DNA from: the human T2T-CHM13v2.0 reference genome, Homo sapiens
Assembly (NCBI RefSeq): GCF_009914755.1
Contig: NC_060925.1
Reading direction: 5' to 3' (one strand)
DNA length: 64,000 nucleotides
The notes under the pieces are model-generated. The model saw only the letters and a list, made by a program, of their open reading frames with translations, was not told the origin of the DNA and made no database searches. The position numbers and the translations under genes were made by a program. Positions 15,635 through 63,164 of the stretch are shown piece by piece (the stretch's first letter is position 1; each line of letters opens with the position of its first letter).

Positions 15635-17684
15635 TAGAGTCTGCAAACAAGCTGTCTTTGTGTCCTGCACCTTTTGCTATAAAGAACGAAATTCCACCTC
15701 ATTTTAGTACTAGAACCCTAGCCCAAAGTGAAAGTGGGGTCTGCTTTACACTACGTGTGTGAAAGTGGGGCGTGCATTACACTACGTGTGCCTGTGTGCA
15801 TACACTCCCCTCCCTTCATAAATATGGATAGCCTTTCCCGCAAACCTGCTGAATATGTATGACTCTATTGCGTCATATGGGCTCCATGAGGCACAAAACC
15901 CAACCTGCCCTTTTCCTCTCCCAAGAGAGAGCACGTCCAGAACACGCCAGAGACTGTCTCTTCCTGGTTTGCAAACTCATACCACTAGTAAAGCTCCTTT
16001 CTGCTATTTAGCTATCCTGGTGGTCTTTTGGGCAACATGCTTATCTGGGAAGAGCTGTCTTGTAATCTCTGTGTCTGCATCAGACTCTGCCAGCCCTAGA
16101 TTGGGAGCTCTGAGATGACATAGGCTGCGTCCCACCCCAGCAGCAGCATGCAAGGTTGGGGACACATGTGAGGGTGTGTGGTGCAGCCCTGAACAGCCTC
16201 AGGCAGACTCCCTGTATTCTTGTTCCCAACCTCCTCCCTCCCTAGGTCAAAAGGCTGTGGCAGGAGGCCAGGCAGATCACAGCGTCCATGCCTAGATGCT
16301 CCCTGACCCCCAGGAACCAGAAGTGCTGTCTCCTGAAGGCTCTGGAAACCCGGAATCAGCCTACGAGGCACCAGGGCCACCTTGGAGGGTGGAAATGAGG
16401 ACCTCAGGCCCCAGAGGGCATGCAGGCGAGGTGAAGTTCAGGAGAGGTAAGCCTAAGGACCCTCAGAGCTATCACACTATGCCCTCCACCCAAATGATGC
16501 AGACAGGAAAACTGTGGCCTAGACCGGACCACCACGGCCAAAAAGGATCTTTGTCTTGTCTTGTCCCACAGCCAGGAAGTGTCCCCCTCTTCCCGGCCTG
16601 CTGTATCCCAGGACACAGGGCGTAAGTGTGGAGGAGGAAGGGCTGCAGGGTGAGGCAGCCCACACTTTGGCTCAGGACAGGGATGGGACCGGGACATATG
16701 GGAAAATAGTCTGGGGGTCCTGGGTAATGGCAGGAGCATGAGCTCAGGGTCGGGTGGCTGTCCTGGATGACCTGTGGGACTCTCTTCCTCTCCGAGCCAC
16801 GCTTTCCTCAACTGTCCCTTCCTTGTGGGATGCAAGAGGCCACGGCGAGCGAAGGCATGTGCCAAGAGCTGCCACTCAATGTGAGTCAGCGTGCTGGCCC
16901 TCCCTCCTTTTCTCCAGGGGGCCTAGGACTTTTGGGGGGAGCCTGAGGACATGCTTCGCTGATGTCACTGTGTGGAGTGTACAAATGGCCACCCTGCTGC
17001 TCGTTGGTTCTATATGGGCATCCAGGCTGGAGAGCAGGGGGTGGGGAGATGGAGATGCCACCAGCAGGGGACTGGTTCCTAGAAGAGAGGGCGAGTTTGG
17101 GTGGTCCCAGAGGTGTTCTTCCCAGAAAAGAGAGCAGGAGGCAGGAGGTGGGCATGGAGAATGTGGAGGGGGGCATTGACAGTGTTCTCCACCACCCATC
17201 AGATAAGACCTGGAGCCTCATTACCAAAGACTTAATGAGATTCGCTTTGTTTTCTTATGAGCCAGGCAAGGTGCCAGGGGAAGCGGCTTCCAGCCCCAGG
17301 CTCTGCAGCTGGCTGCTGTGTGACCCAGAGCCAGGCACCACACCTCTCTGGGCCTTAGACTCCTTATCCATGAGCTTCCTGCCTGCACCCTAACATTCAG
17401 TGTCATTGGCCGAGTTACCCAATGGCTCCCAGCCTCAGTTTCTTCATCTGCACATTAGGGATAAGTACAGCCATCCACCTGGGAGGTGTCAAGGGGGTGT
17501 GGCCGCAGCACCCAGCCCATGCACAAGTTCAGTGATCATTACCTGTCTCCCCCAGCCCTGCCTGAGTGCCAGGATCAGCAGGCTTGGGAAGGGGGAGCCC
17601 CCAGGGATGTGGAAAGTGGAGAGGGAGCACATGGGCTCTGGGGCCTCGGGGCTCCTGGGCTCTGTTCTGCCTGTCTGGGAGCTG

Positions 17685-17975
17685 TCTCCTGCTCTCCCTT
17701 GCAGTGTCTCTGTCTCTCTTCGTTCTGTTCCTCCCTCTGTCCTTCAGTTTTTCCCTCTCCATCTCAGTCTCTGGTTGTCTCAGTCTCTCTTTGCACCTCA
17801 CTGTCTCTGCCTTTCTCTGCATCTCTCTTCCTTTCCTGGGCTCTCTCTCTCTCTTTCATCCCTGTTTTGGGCTTTCTCTGTCTCTGTCTCTCTGTTTTTC
17901 AGTCTGCTTCTTTCTGTCTCCGTTCATTTCTCTGTATGTCTTTGTCCCCTGCACTCCCATTCTCCTCCCATGCTG
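17685..17975. repeat. CT-rich low-complexity tract
   Basis: Degenerate (TCTG/TC)n. Confidence 0.8.
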
Positions 17976-20900
17976 TCCTCTCTGGGGGCTCCTCTGGCTT
18001 CACTGGGCCACAGGCCCAGGCTGGGGTGTGAAGAAGCAGGAGCTCCCCCGTCAGATGACGCTAGGTGCCCCAGTCAGGGCAGTGGGGGCCAGACAAAGAG
18101 CTCTGCGAGGGGTGGCAAAATCCTCTTCCCAGGGAAGGGAATGTGGGGGCTACTGGCCAGCTGTGGGATGGGTGGCTGAGAACTCTCATACCACTGTAAA
18201 TTCTAGATGTTTTTCACTTATATCAGCTTCCTGATCCCCCTGAGCCAAAGGCCTAGAAGGTCCCTGTCCCTGTCCTTTTGGAATGTGCAGTCTTACTTAC
18301 CAGAGTGACAAGGGGAACAGAGTTGAAACAGGTGGTTTCCCAGCACAGGAGCCTGTGGGGGCTGCTTAGAGAACAGCACATTCCCTGGGAGCCAGAGCCA
18401 TCTGGGAGGGCTTTCTGGAGGAGGCAGATCATGAGGGATCAGGATGGGGACTAATATGTGCTGAGTGCCTGGTGGTGCTTTATAAGTATCAGCAGATTGG
18501 GAGATAAGCATAGCCACCCTGTGGAGACACCTGGGAGGTGTCAAGGGGCATGCATTGTAAAGGCCCAGAGTGGTGAAGCATCCACCAGCTGGTAAGTGGT
18601 AGCCTCGGGTGGGGCCTGTCGCTGTCCCCATGCTCTGTCCACTACTGGTGTGGCTTGCCCCACTTGTGACCATCGTTTCTTCCCCTCCACCCCCAGTGCC
18701 ACTTCCTCTCTCCCTCGTTGTAGGGGAAAGAACATGGGCTGTGTGGCCTTGGACCAATTGCTTGCCCTCTCTGGGCCTTCTTATTGGTGACAGACAGACT
18801 GGTGACTTTCTGAGAGGATCTATGCAACCTCAGGCTCCTGCACCTGGGTTACAGGGTCTTCTGGAGGGGAAGAGATGAGCAGGTAGGCTTTGACACCTGC
18901 CTGCTTTGTCCTGAGTGTCTACTATGTCATCTGCTTTAAATGCGAAGTCCCTGGGACTTGCGAGTTATCTCTAAGCCTTCTCTTTTCCTGACTTTCTGGG
19001 AGTGTGTGTACCCCCATTCCCTCACCCCAGCCATCAGGGCCCTTTCTGAGTTGGGCCTCCTTCCTAGCTCTGGGCTAGGCCCCAACCCTGGCCCTTTCCA
19101 AGGCCAGCAGGAACTGGAAGGTCCGTACTCATGCCCTGGGAGGCTCCAGGCTCTAAGGGGTGCTGGAGTGATGGAGTTGGGCGGCTGGTGCTCAGAGGAC
19201 CTTAATGGTGTGGGGGCAGCTGGAAACTGGTTGTCTCTTGAACCCTCTTGCCACCAGGCCTCTGTCCAGGAGGGCTGCTGGGGGCCAATGGGCCAGACAC
19301 CAGACAGTCACACCTTTGGCAGGGCTGAAGTCGGGGGGTGTGTGACACAATGGGAGGGGCTGGGCCTGGCAGTCCCTGCAGCCTATAAGCACCAGCAACC
19401 CATGAGGGGACACAGGCACCCTCTGGCCTCATCCTTCTTGGAGCCAGTGGGATGTAGCAACTAAAATACAAGCTCTGAAGTTTCATGGACTGGAGTTGCA
19501 TCTCTGCTTCCATCCTAATTAGCAAGAGACCTTGGTCACGTTGCTTAAACTCTGACACTAGATTTTCCCCCTCTGCAAAGCAAGGACAATAGCAGTGCTC
19601 CCTTCCCGGGTCAGTTGCAAGGATTAAGGATGATGTCTGCAAAGTGCTTAGTCAGAGCCGGCATACGGTAAGTGCTCAATAAATGCTGGCTCCCATTATT
19701 AGTATCCCTTCCCTCCACGCCCTCAACACATCCCTTTATCATGATGGAATAACCAATTGCCTGGTAACAACATGTTCACACTTCCACGCTCCCCATCAAC
19801 CATGCTCACCTATAAGGCAGGCTGCGACCAGCTCCTCTTCATCTATTCATTGCCTGGCCCATGCTAGGGGCCCAAGAAATGTCTGCTGCATCAACGAGTG
19901 ATTTTGGGAAAGGTGCTGAGCCCTTCTGTCCCATGAAGTTCTTGCGAGACAGTGTCTCACCAGCAACCTGGATCGTGAGAACCACAGCGGGTGGGCCAGA
20001 TCTAGATGGAGAGTGTCCATTGGGCAGAGCTGCTTCTGTGAAAGGAAAGGAAGTTTTTCAAGAAACCATGAGGGGGGCCCAAGAATCCAAGTTTCTAACT
20101 CTGGGATCGGTTTTCTGTCTTTTACCTCGGTTTGCCTCTCCCTAGCTGTGTGGTTTATGGCAAGTCACTCTGTGCCTCTGTCTCCACGTGTTCAAGGAGG
20201 CAGCCGGTCCAAGGGGCCTTCATAGAAGGGGCTGCCGAGATGTGAGCCCTGCATTGGGGGGATGCCCCACAGAGGTGCTGTCCCCCATCCCCTTTCCAGG
20301 TATGAGTGTCCCCCAGCTCTGAGTGAATCAGTAGGAGGTGCTGGACCTGGGCTGATTCTCACAGTGGGACCTCAACTCTAGCCCCGGGTTGGCTGACATT
20401 AGAGGACTTTGGGTCGTTGTTCTGGCAGCTGCAAGGAAGAGCCAATGTCAGGGAGGGAAACCCCACATTCCCTGGCACTATCCAAACAAAGGTTTGGTTA
20501 AAACAAAGAATTCTCATGGAGAAGAGTCTGAAGGACCCAAAACACATATTTCTGTAGACATCCCATCCCAAAATAAACCCATGGATCAAGCCAGACCCAA
20601 ATACAAGGATGCTGTGAACCACATGGTTGAATATTCCACACTTTCCCCATCCATTAAACCCCACCCAGGGTGGGAAGGGGATGGATTTCCCTCAGTTCTC
20701 AGGGCCTAGAAGAGCAGGGCTTTTTTCCCTCAACTGGTTGAGTTTTACTTTGTGAGCACCATGATTCCTAAAACCAGTTATATTTTCTTTTTCTCTTGGG
20801 CCGCCAGGGAACTCACAGCGAAATCTACCAACCAAAGAGGATGTCCATACCTGTCTTTTTCTTTCTTCCTTCATTTTTTGACTTAATTTCCTCACTTGAA

Positions 20901-21315
20901 AAAAAAAAAATAAAACACCTTATTCAGGGTATACTTTATGGGCAGTCTTAATTTTTTTTATTAGGATGTGGGATGTAAATCCATAAAAGAAGTAGAAGTG
21001 CTGAGCCTTCCTGTGGAGTGGGTGCTGGAGGGGAAAAGGTGGAGTTAGGGGAGGGAAGGGGAGGGCAGGAAGGTTGGTGATGGGCAGAGATTCACAGAGA
21101 CTCCCAGGTCAGGGAGCAATCCCCCAGTCGGGGCAGCAGGAATGCCCAGAGGAATTCTGATCGGGACAGACGTCGGGCACTGAATGAAGAGAGGTCCCTC
21201 AGGGGCCTGGTCTCAGGGGCCTTGAATTCCACGCAAAGCGTGTCTTGAGCATCAACTATATGCCAGGCACCTTTTACATATATTATTTCTTACTTCTAAA
21301 TTATTCCAGATTTTA

Positions 21316-21630
21316 AGCCGGGTGCAGTGGCTCACGCCTGTAATCTCAGCATTTTGGGAGGCCAAGGCAGATGGATAACCTGAGGTCAGGAGTTCGAGAC
21401 CAGCCTGGCTAACACGGTGAAACCCCGTCTCTACTAAAAATACAAAAATTGTCTGGGTGTGGTGGTGCATGCCTGTAATCCTAGCTACATGGAAGGCTGA
21501 GGCAGGAGGATTGCTTGAACCTGAGTGGCAGAGGTTGCAATGAGCTGAGATTGTGCCACCGAGCTCCAGCCTGGACTACAAAGTGAGACTCCATCTCAAA
21601 ATAATAAATAAATAAATAAATAAATAAATC
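21316..21630 (+). mobile_element. Alu with (AAAT)n tail
   Basis: Full dimer; TSD tccagatttta at 21305-21315 and 21637-21647. Confidence 0.95.
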
Positions 21631-23507
21631 TATCAATCCAGATTTTACCAATTAGGAGACTGAGCCTCAGAGAAGTTAAATCACTTGTCCAGAGCCCTGA
21701 AATTGGAGAAGCAGCTGCGCTCAGACTGGAACCCTAGATGGTAGGGCCCCTTAGTCCTCCTTTATCTTGGGGGGATCCAGGGAAGGCTTTTCAGCAGGGG
21801 AATGATGCAATTGGATACACATGTCAGGGGGAACATGACTGCTTGTGGCAAGGAACGCAGTAAGCCTGGGGTCAGGGAGACCAGGAGCTGCTGAGGTCTC
21901 AGCTCAGAGATGGTGGCTGGAACCAGGAGGGTGATGGTGATGGTGGAGGTGAGGGTGGGGGCAAAGAGGAAGGGAAGGATCAAGAGATGTTTGGAAAGTA
22001 GAGGTGATACTCAGGAGGGGTGCGGGAGAGGGAGGGAGAGGTTGCCTGGGCTGGCTTGGGCAGCTAGGGTGGAGGTGGCACCATTTGCTGAGATGGGAAA
22101 AGCCAGCTGGGGCAGGGAAGGGGCTGATGTGCTTGGAGGCTGCTGAGTTGGCCACCTGTGGGGATGACTCGCCTGGTCACAGCCCCCCGAGGGCAGAGGA
22201 CACATGCCTGCTCAGCTGGGGCTGTGCCATGTCCCGCCCTGCCCCATGAACGGTATCATTAACACTGCTGATGCTGCCACATGGAGCCTTGGATGTCCCC
22301 AGACCCGAGGAGGGAGTTGGTAATTCCTGCAGGTCTGCACAGCCCAGCAGAGCCTGGTCTGGAGTTTGGATGCTGAGGGGATAGCGTGGATTGAGTTGGG
22401 TGACTCATGGTCCTCACCACTTCCCGCCATTAGAGCCTCTGGCCTGCCCTCTGGCCCTGTGGGAATCAGTGGGTACCCTATTTTCTCACAATGGCCAAGT
22501 CAGAACCCCCAAGGCTTCTCCCCCATTCACCAGGAGGTCCAGGATCCTGCCCTGGGTGCCAGGAGCACAGGAAGGGGTTGGGTCAACATAGGGAGCTGAG
22601 CAGACTCAGCAGATGTCAAGGACTCTGACCTCTGGAACGGCACCTATATATAAAAAGTGCCTAATAGATGTTTGTTGAATGAATGAAGACTTTGGATCCA
22701 AATCTGGCTTCTTGTGACTTTACTGTGTCACCTTGGGTGAGTCACTGCTTCTCTCGGTGCTGTGGTTTACCCAGCTGGAAAGTGAAGGGGCTGGATTGAT
22801 AGTTTCGGGGGCCCTTCCAGCTTGAAGTTGGGTGATCCTGGAGAGCAAGTGGAACTGTCCCTGTAGTACCCGGGGGTGCTGGGAGGGGAGAACGGTCTCA
22901 GACAGGGGGTTACAAGAACTGGGCTCTGCTGATCCTCCCTACCTTCCTCCATGGGGTTCTAGGTGAGCTCAGGCACAGCAGGCAGCGTGTGTGTGTGTAT
23001 GTGTGTTAGGGAGAGGTCCCCCGGACCAGAAGAGCCCACAGCTGGTGTCGGCAACACAAGTAGACCCAGAACCTACCCTGATTGGTCCCAAGGCCTGAGG
23101 CAGGCAATTTCCATGCCTTGATGGTGGCAAGCCTCACTGGGGCCCACATTGCTTACCCTCAAGGGCATCAAATGACTTCCCCAGCCAGAGTTATTCCCTC
23201 CACCCCTCTCCTTACCCACCAACACAAAATAACCAATGCTGGGGGCTCAAACTCATGGCCCAAGAGCTAGGTCTGGTCTACCGATGGGTTTTGTTTGACC
23301 TCAGTATTCTGTTTCTGAGAAACACTGACTTAACGCATGAGCCCAGCAGGCTCTGTCCCCTCTGCAGCAGTTACCACCCCTCCCTATTTTCTCCCAGCTG
23401 GTAGCGTCACACATATCTATTATCTGCCTGCCCTCCTGAAGGTGCCTGAGTTTGGAAACTCTGATCCAGCTTAACAACCCATTTTGTAAATAGGGAGACT
23501 GGGGGGT

Positions 23508-24385
23508 TGTCGGGGGTGATCCTAGTGTTTCCGGATGAACGAGGTCAGGCTGCTTGCTCTCGTGGTCCAATAAGGAGATGCAGACAGACTGAGAAAGAAG
23601 GGAGTTTATTTCTGTAACCGGTTACAGGGAGAAGATCGGAGTAACTCACCAGACCAACTCGAAAGTACAAGTTTTTCCCCCAGTGTTGTCTACATTCTAA
23701 GCTGTATGCCTACGTGTGGGAGTATACGTTGCCAGAGAGTAGGTCTGTTTCATTCCATCTTTATCTAATCTTTAGGGTCTAGGGTCTGGGAAGCTTTTTC
23801 TAGAGCCTTGGAAAGTTTCTTAATCTTTTTTTTTGAGACAGAGCCTCACTCTGTTGCCCAGGCTAGAGTGCAGTGACACAATCTCAGCTGACTGCTACCT
23901 CTGCCCCTGGGTTCCAGCAATTCTCATGCCTCAGCCTCCTGAGTAGCTGGGACTACAGGTGCACACCACCACATCTGGCTAGTTAATTTTTTTTTAGTAG
24001 AGATGGGGTTTCGCCACGTTGCCCAGGCTGGTCTGGAACTCCTAGCTTCAAGTGATCCACGCACCTCAGCCTTCCAAAGTGCTGGGATTACAGGCATGAG
24101 CCCCTGTGCCCAGCAGAAAGTTTCTTAATCCTAAGTGGGCCCTGGTATGAGGTGTATGTGTAAGAATACTTTCATTATTTCATCAGACTTTCGGGTCTGA
24201 GAAAACCCAGGAGCGGTCTTAACAGGTTTGTTTTCACATTCCAGCCCTCATACTCGGGCACCATTTTCTTCAGTTCTCTAATGTTTAACTTATGCATTCA
24301 TCAGAATGAGAGGAAAGGGCTCTCTCTCTCTGTGTGAGAGAGAGAGTGGCTGCTCCGGCTGTTAATGGAAACCCAGCTTGCCACA
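23508..24385 (-). mobile_element. ERV1-class solo LTR (family uncertain) containing an Alu
   Basis: Ends ...cagcttgccaca (TGTGGC start on the minus strand); antisense AATAAA (tttatt at 23605); sequence continuous across the Alu TSD; left boundary approximate. Confidence 0.7.
23826..24114 (-). mobile_element. Alu
   Basis: Perfect 15-bp TSD gaaagtttcttaatc at 23811-23825 and 24116-24130. Confidence 0.95.
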
Positions 24386-24412
24386 CTAGGTTCATGGAAT
24401 CTTAGACCATAG

Positions 24413-24581
24413 ACACCTGTTTTCCTGGGCTCTGTATCCATGGAGTAAACTTAGAACTTGCCTTGGTGCCTTTAGGTGTGATGTACTCTGCAGATCAATA
24501 ACATTTGCAATAGGAAAGATTATTTCAAAAAGATCTTCAAAATCAAAAGTAACCAAATAAATGTTTATGTCATTATCACTA
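24413..24581 (+). repeat. Direct repeat copy A (~168 bp)
   Basis: 17 mismatches over 158 ungapped nt versus 26585-26752. Confidence 0.92.
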
Positions 24582-25583
24582 AGGTCTCATTTCCAGCTCT
24601 CTACTCCAATATCATTTCTTCAGATTGGCCTTCTCTGATCACTTGACTCAAAACAGCACCCCATCCCCTCCTCTCTTCTATTTTATTTGTCTGAATCACT
24701 TCCTGGTATCACAGTTTTTATCCCACCAGCTTTCTACCTGCCTGCTCTCCACGATGTCCCACGAGGGCAGGGGCTTGGTCTATCTTGTTCACTGTGGTAT
24801 CCCCAGGGCCAGAATAATGTCTGGCACATTTTAGGTGCTCAAAAAAAATTGTTGAAGAACAGGGAAAATGAAGCCCTGGCCATTGTAGCCCCAGCACCAG
24901 CCACCTTCCCTATAGTGGTTTCTTGGGTTGTTCCAGGGGCTTCCTGGGGTCGTCTTACAGTCCCCTAGTCACCGGGCAGCTGGCAGGCCTCTACCCTGCG
25001 TGGGGCCCCGTTTCAGGCTAAGTGGGGCCGGCCTCCCAGCTTTATGTCCTCCTTCAGAGGGGAAGGAGGCAGTGATGTCACAGAGGTCTCCCACCCTCGC
25101 TCCTCCCCAGTCTGACCGATCAAGGCTGAAATCCCAAGTTCAAAGAGACCACAGCATGGGTGTGCAGGATGTGTTGTTTGTGGGTTGTAGGTAGGGCAGG
25201 GGCCCAGGCAGGTCATGGTGTCTTAAAAGAATGTTCTTTGAGCTGGAAGACTGAAAAAGGGAGGCGGGGAAGGAATAGCAGAGGGTGGGGAGAGAAGCCA
25301 AAAGGAGGAAATGCATCTTATTTTTCCTCGAAGAGAGAATAATAAGGGTGGCTTCATTTTTTTTTTTCCAACAGTAAAAATGTTGTTTGCTCATGAAAGT
25401 GATTCAAACAACACACAAAAGCATGGGGAAGAAATGACCTGATATTCTGCCTCCCAGGGATCTAGTCAGCAATCAGCCCACCAGGGTCAGATGGCCTGGG
25501 GTTGAATCCTGATGGGACCAACTTCCAACCATGGACTTGGGAGGGTCCCCAACTTCTCTGTGCCTCAGTTTCTTTTGCTGTAA

Positions 25584-26009
<426 letters not shown>

Positions 26010-26202
26010 TGACCTGCCTGGGCCCTGGCCCTGCCCACAACTGGCCAAGGGCACATCCTACACATCCATGTGGTCTGTTTGAACTTGGCATTCCAGGCTT
26101 GATTGATACCTGCCACCCAGTATTATTGTGAGGATTAGGTAAATGAATACATGGAGAGGTCTTAAAACAGTGGCACATGGTGAGGGCCATATATGTGTTT
26201 GC

Positions 26203-26410
26203 ATCACCATTATTGTTGTCATCATCACCATCATCACCATCATCATCATCATCATCTTTTTAGACAGCTCTTTATGCACCAGCCTGCCTTTCTTCCTGCC
26301 TCCCTTTTTCCTATCGTTCACCTATCCATCTGTCTGTCCATCCATCCATCCACCCACACATCCATCCATCCATCCACCCACACATCCATCCATCCATCCA
26401 TCCATCCATT
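26203..26410. repeat. (CAT)n and (CCAT)n microsatellites
   Basis: catcac/catcat run at ~26203-26255; ccat run at ~26325-26410. Confidence 0.9.
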
Positions 26411-26584
26411 TAATCTTCTCTAATGGGAACACACCCATGTGCTCTGCAGGAAACTGCTTGTTCCACTCTGCATTCCATTCCATAAGAAATGGACACGTTT
26501 ATGTCAATAAATGCTGTTAAACAAAATGACTGAGGTCCTGGTAAATTGAGGTTTGGGGTTTGGGTGATGGAAAACCATCCCTGA

Positions 26585-26752
26585 ACACCTGTTTCCCTGG
26601 GTTCTGTATCCATGGGGTAAAATTAGACTTTGTCTTGGTGACTTCAGGTGTAATGAACTTTGCAGATCAATAACATTTGCAATAAGAAAGATGGTTTCAA
26701 AAATATCTTCAAAATCAAAAGTAACCAAATAAATGTTTATGCCATTTTACTA
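26585..26752 (+). repeat. Direct repeat copy B (~168 bp)
   Basis: ~89% identical to 24413-24581. Confidence 0.92.
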
Positions 26753-27079
26753 TTTCCTGCCTCCCTAATCAGGCTGGGGTTCCTGCAGCCAGGGACTGTG
26801 TGTCCCCCACATCTTCCATCAGACTGACAACTCCTCAGGCAAGGCTGTTTCTCTCTCTCTCTCTCTCTCTCTTTCTTGCTCTTTGCTGCCCTGCCACCCC
26901 AGCCCTGTGGACACTAGAGTTCTGGTTTATGTGCCCCTTTTCCCACTCTGTATAAGAGCCCCCTGGAAGAAGAGGACCACATTACTGAGGATGGGTGTCC
27001 TGCGATTCCAGAGCAAACGGCTCTTCTCATCACCCCCAATGCCCGATATGAAGGGAACACGTCACCTGCAATTCACCAC

Positions 27080-27560
27080 CTCTACCCCAAGCTCTAACAG
27101 ACATCTCATGTCGAACAAGTCCAACAGAGAATGGCCAAGCTCCCTGCCCAGCTTGCCCTCCTGCAGCCTTCCCTATCTCTCTGATGACAACTCCATCCTT
27201 CTAGTTGCTCGGGTCCCAAATACTCCAGTGATCGTTGACCACTCTCTCTCACACCCACATCCAACTCATCAGCAAACCTCATCGGCTCTACCTTCAAGAT
27301 ACATTCAGGATCCAACCACTTCCCACCACCTTCCCTGTTACCCTGGGACCAAGCCATGCCATCCCTCGCTTAGATAATGGGAAGAACCTTAATGCACCAT
27401 CTGATGTCATACACACTTTACTCATTTAACTTCACCTACGGTCTGTCTCCCCCAGAATATAAATGTCGTCAGAGCAGGAATCATGGTCTCTTTTGTTCAT
27501 AGTTGTATCCCTATCACCTAAATGAGTGCCTGACACATAAAAGATGATTAACAAACACTT
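27080..27560 (+). mobile_element. L2 fragment
   Basis: L2 3' region phrases (gacaactccatccttctagttgctc, tcggctctaccttcaagatacattcag, gtgcctgacacata); boundaries approximate. Confidence 0.7.
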
Positions 27561-28269
27561 GTCAAATTAACAAATGAAGTTCTACAAAGAGCCTCAGAAC
27601 AGGCTGAAGCTTGCTGTGCTGAGCTGAAAGAAGAGGGATTTTCAGAAATGAGTCCACGCTCCCAGGTCATTGCTCTGAGCTCTTTTTCAAGTTCCCTCCT
27701 CTCTGGCTCCCCAAGAATGCTTGCCTGGGGTGGCTTCTGCTGTCTGTGGAGTCTGGGCACAAGGGCCTACCCTCACCTGTTGGGGGGTGGTATTGTGTGG
27801 CGAGACGGGTGAACCTGCGTGGAAGTTATAACTCTACCACTTACTAGCAGTGAGACCTGCAGCCATGGTTCTCTTACCTGCAAAATGAGGATAAAAGTCA
27901 TAATTGTTAGTGTTTTAGTGAACACAGGTGCCAGGAGCTGTGCTAATCTTCTTACACATAACTCATGTCTTTCCCACATCAACACAATGGGACAGGTACT
28001 ACTGTTACAGCTGCCAACTTACACATGAGGCAGCTGAGTCACAGAGAGGTTAAAAGGTTTGATAAGGATCACAGGTGGTTATAGGCAGAGCCCGCACATA
28101 GTCAGCCCACAGAAACACTGACATCATTGTAATAGGGGTTCAGGCACCAGGAGTCTTTGGAGGGGAGGGCAGAGGCTGCTGGGGAGCTCTGGAGGGTCTC
28201 CTGTCAGCAGGTGAGTCCTGCTTCGCCCGGGGCCCCCAGTTGAAGCTCCCCTTCCCCATCTCCCAGACA

Positions 28270-28503
28270 GGCCTTGGGCACCTCCTCCCCTGACCTCCTG
28301 GATTGACAGCCCTGAGTGAGGAGGGTGTGGAGCCAGGAGGTGGGGACCAGGCTCAGCCAGGCTAATCAGGTCGCAGGGTGAAATTTAAAGGGAGGAGGAG
28401 GCACCAGTCCATCAGAACTCACACTTCTTCCTGGCAAAGAAGTGCCCAGGACGGGAGCTGGGGAGCCAGGGCTGATCTAGGAGGCTGGGAGCCAGGTGAC
28501 AGG
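28270..28503 (+). promoter_or_regulatory. PADI1 proximal promoter and 5' UTR (CpG-poor, TATA-like)
   Basis: TATA-like TTTAAA at 28384-28389 with Inr-like TCAG ~25 nt downstream (~28412); CACCC/KLF box GGGTGTGG at 28323-28330; CCTCCTCCCC Sp-type box at ~28281; TGGGGA at 28341. Confidence 0.7.

Positions 28504-63164
<34,661 letters not shown>

Noticed and set aside
17400-18234. Overlapping 181-259-aa ORFs
   Set aside because: They span a CT-rich low-complexity tract that lacks stop codons by composition.
24320-24346. (CT)n-tgtgt-(GA)n hairpin
   Set aside because: A dinucleotide-repeat palindrome inside an LTR; easily produced by slippage and uninformative.
26193-26423. Poly-His ORF (also at 38661-38867)
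   Set aside because: Translation of (CAT)n microsatellites.
28378-28503. N-terminal extension of PADI1 from an upstream GTG
   Set aside because: The GTG lies upstream of the TATA-like box and the likely TSS; I saw no in-frame CTG/ATG in the 5' UTR, and the annotated ATG has a strong Kozak context.
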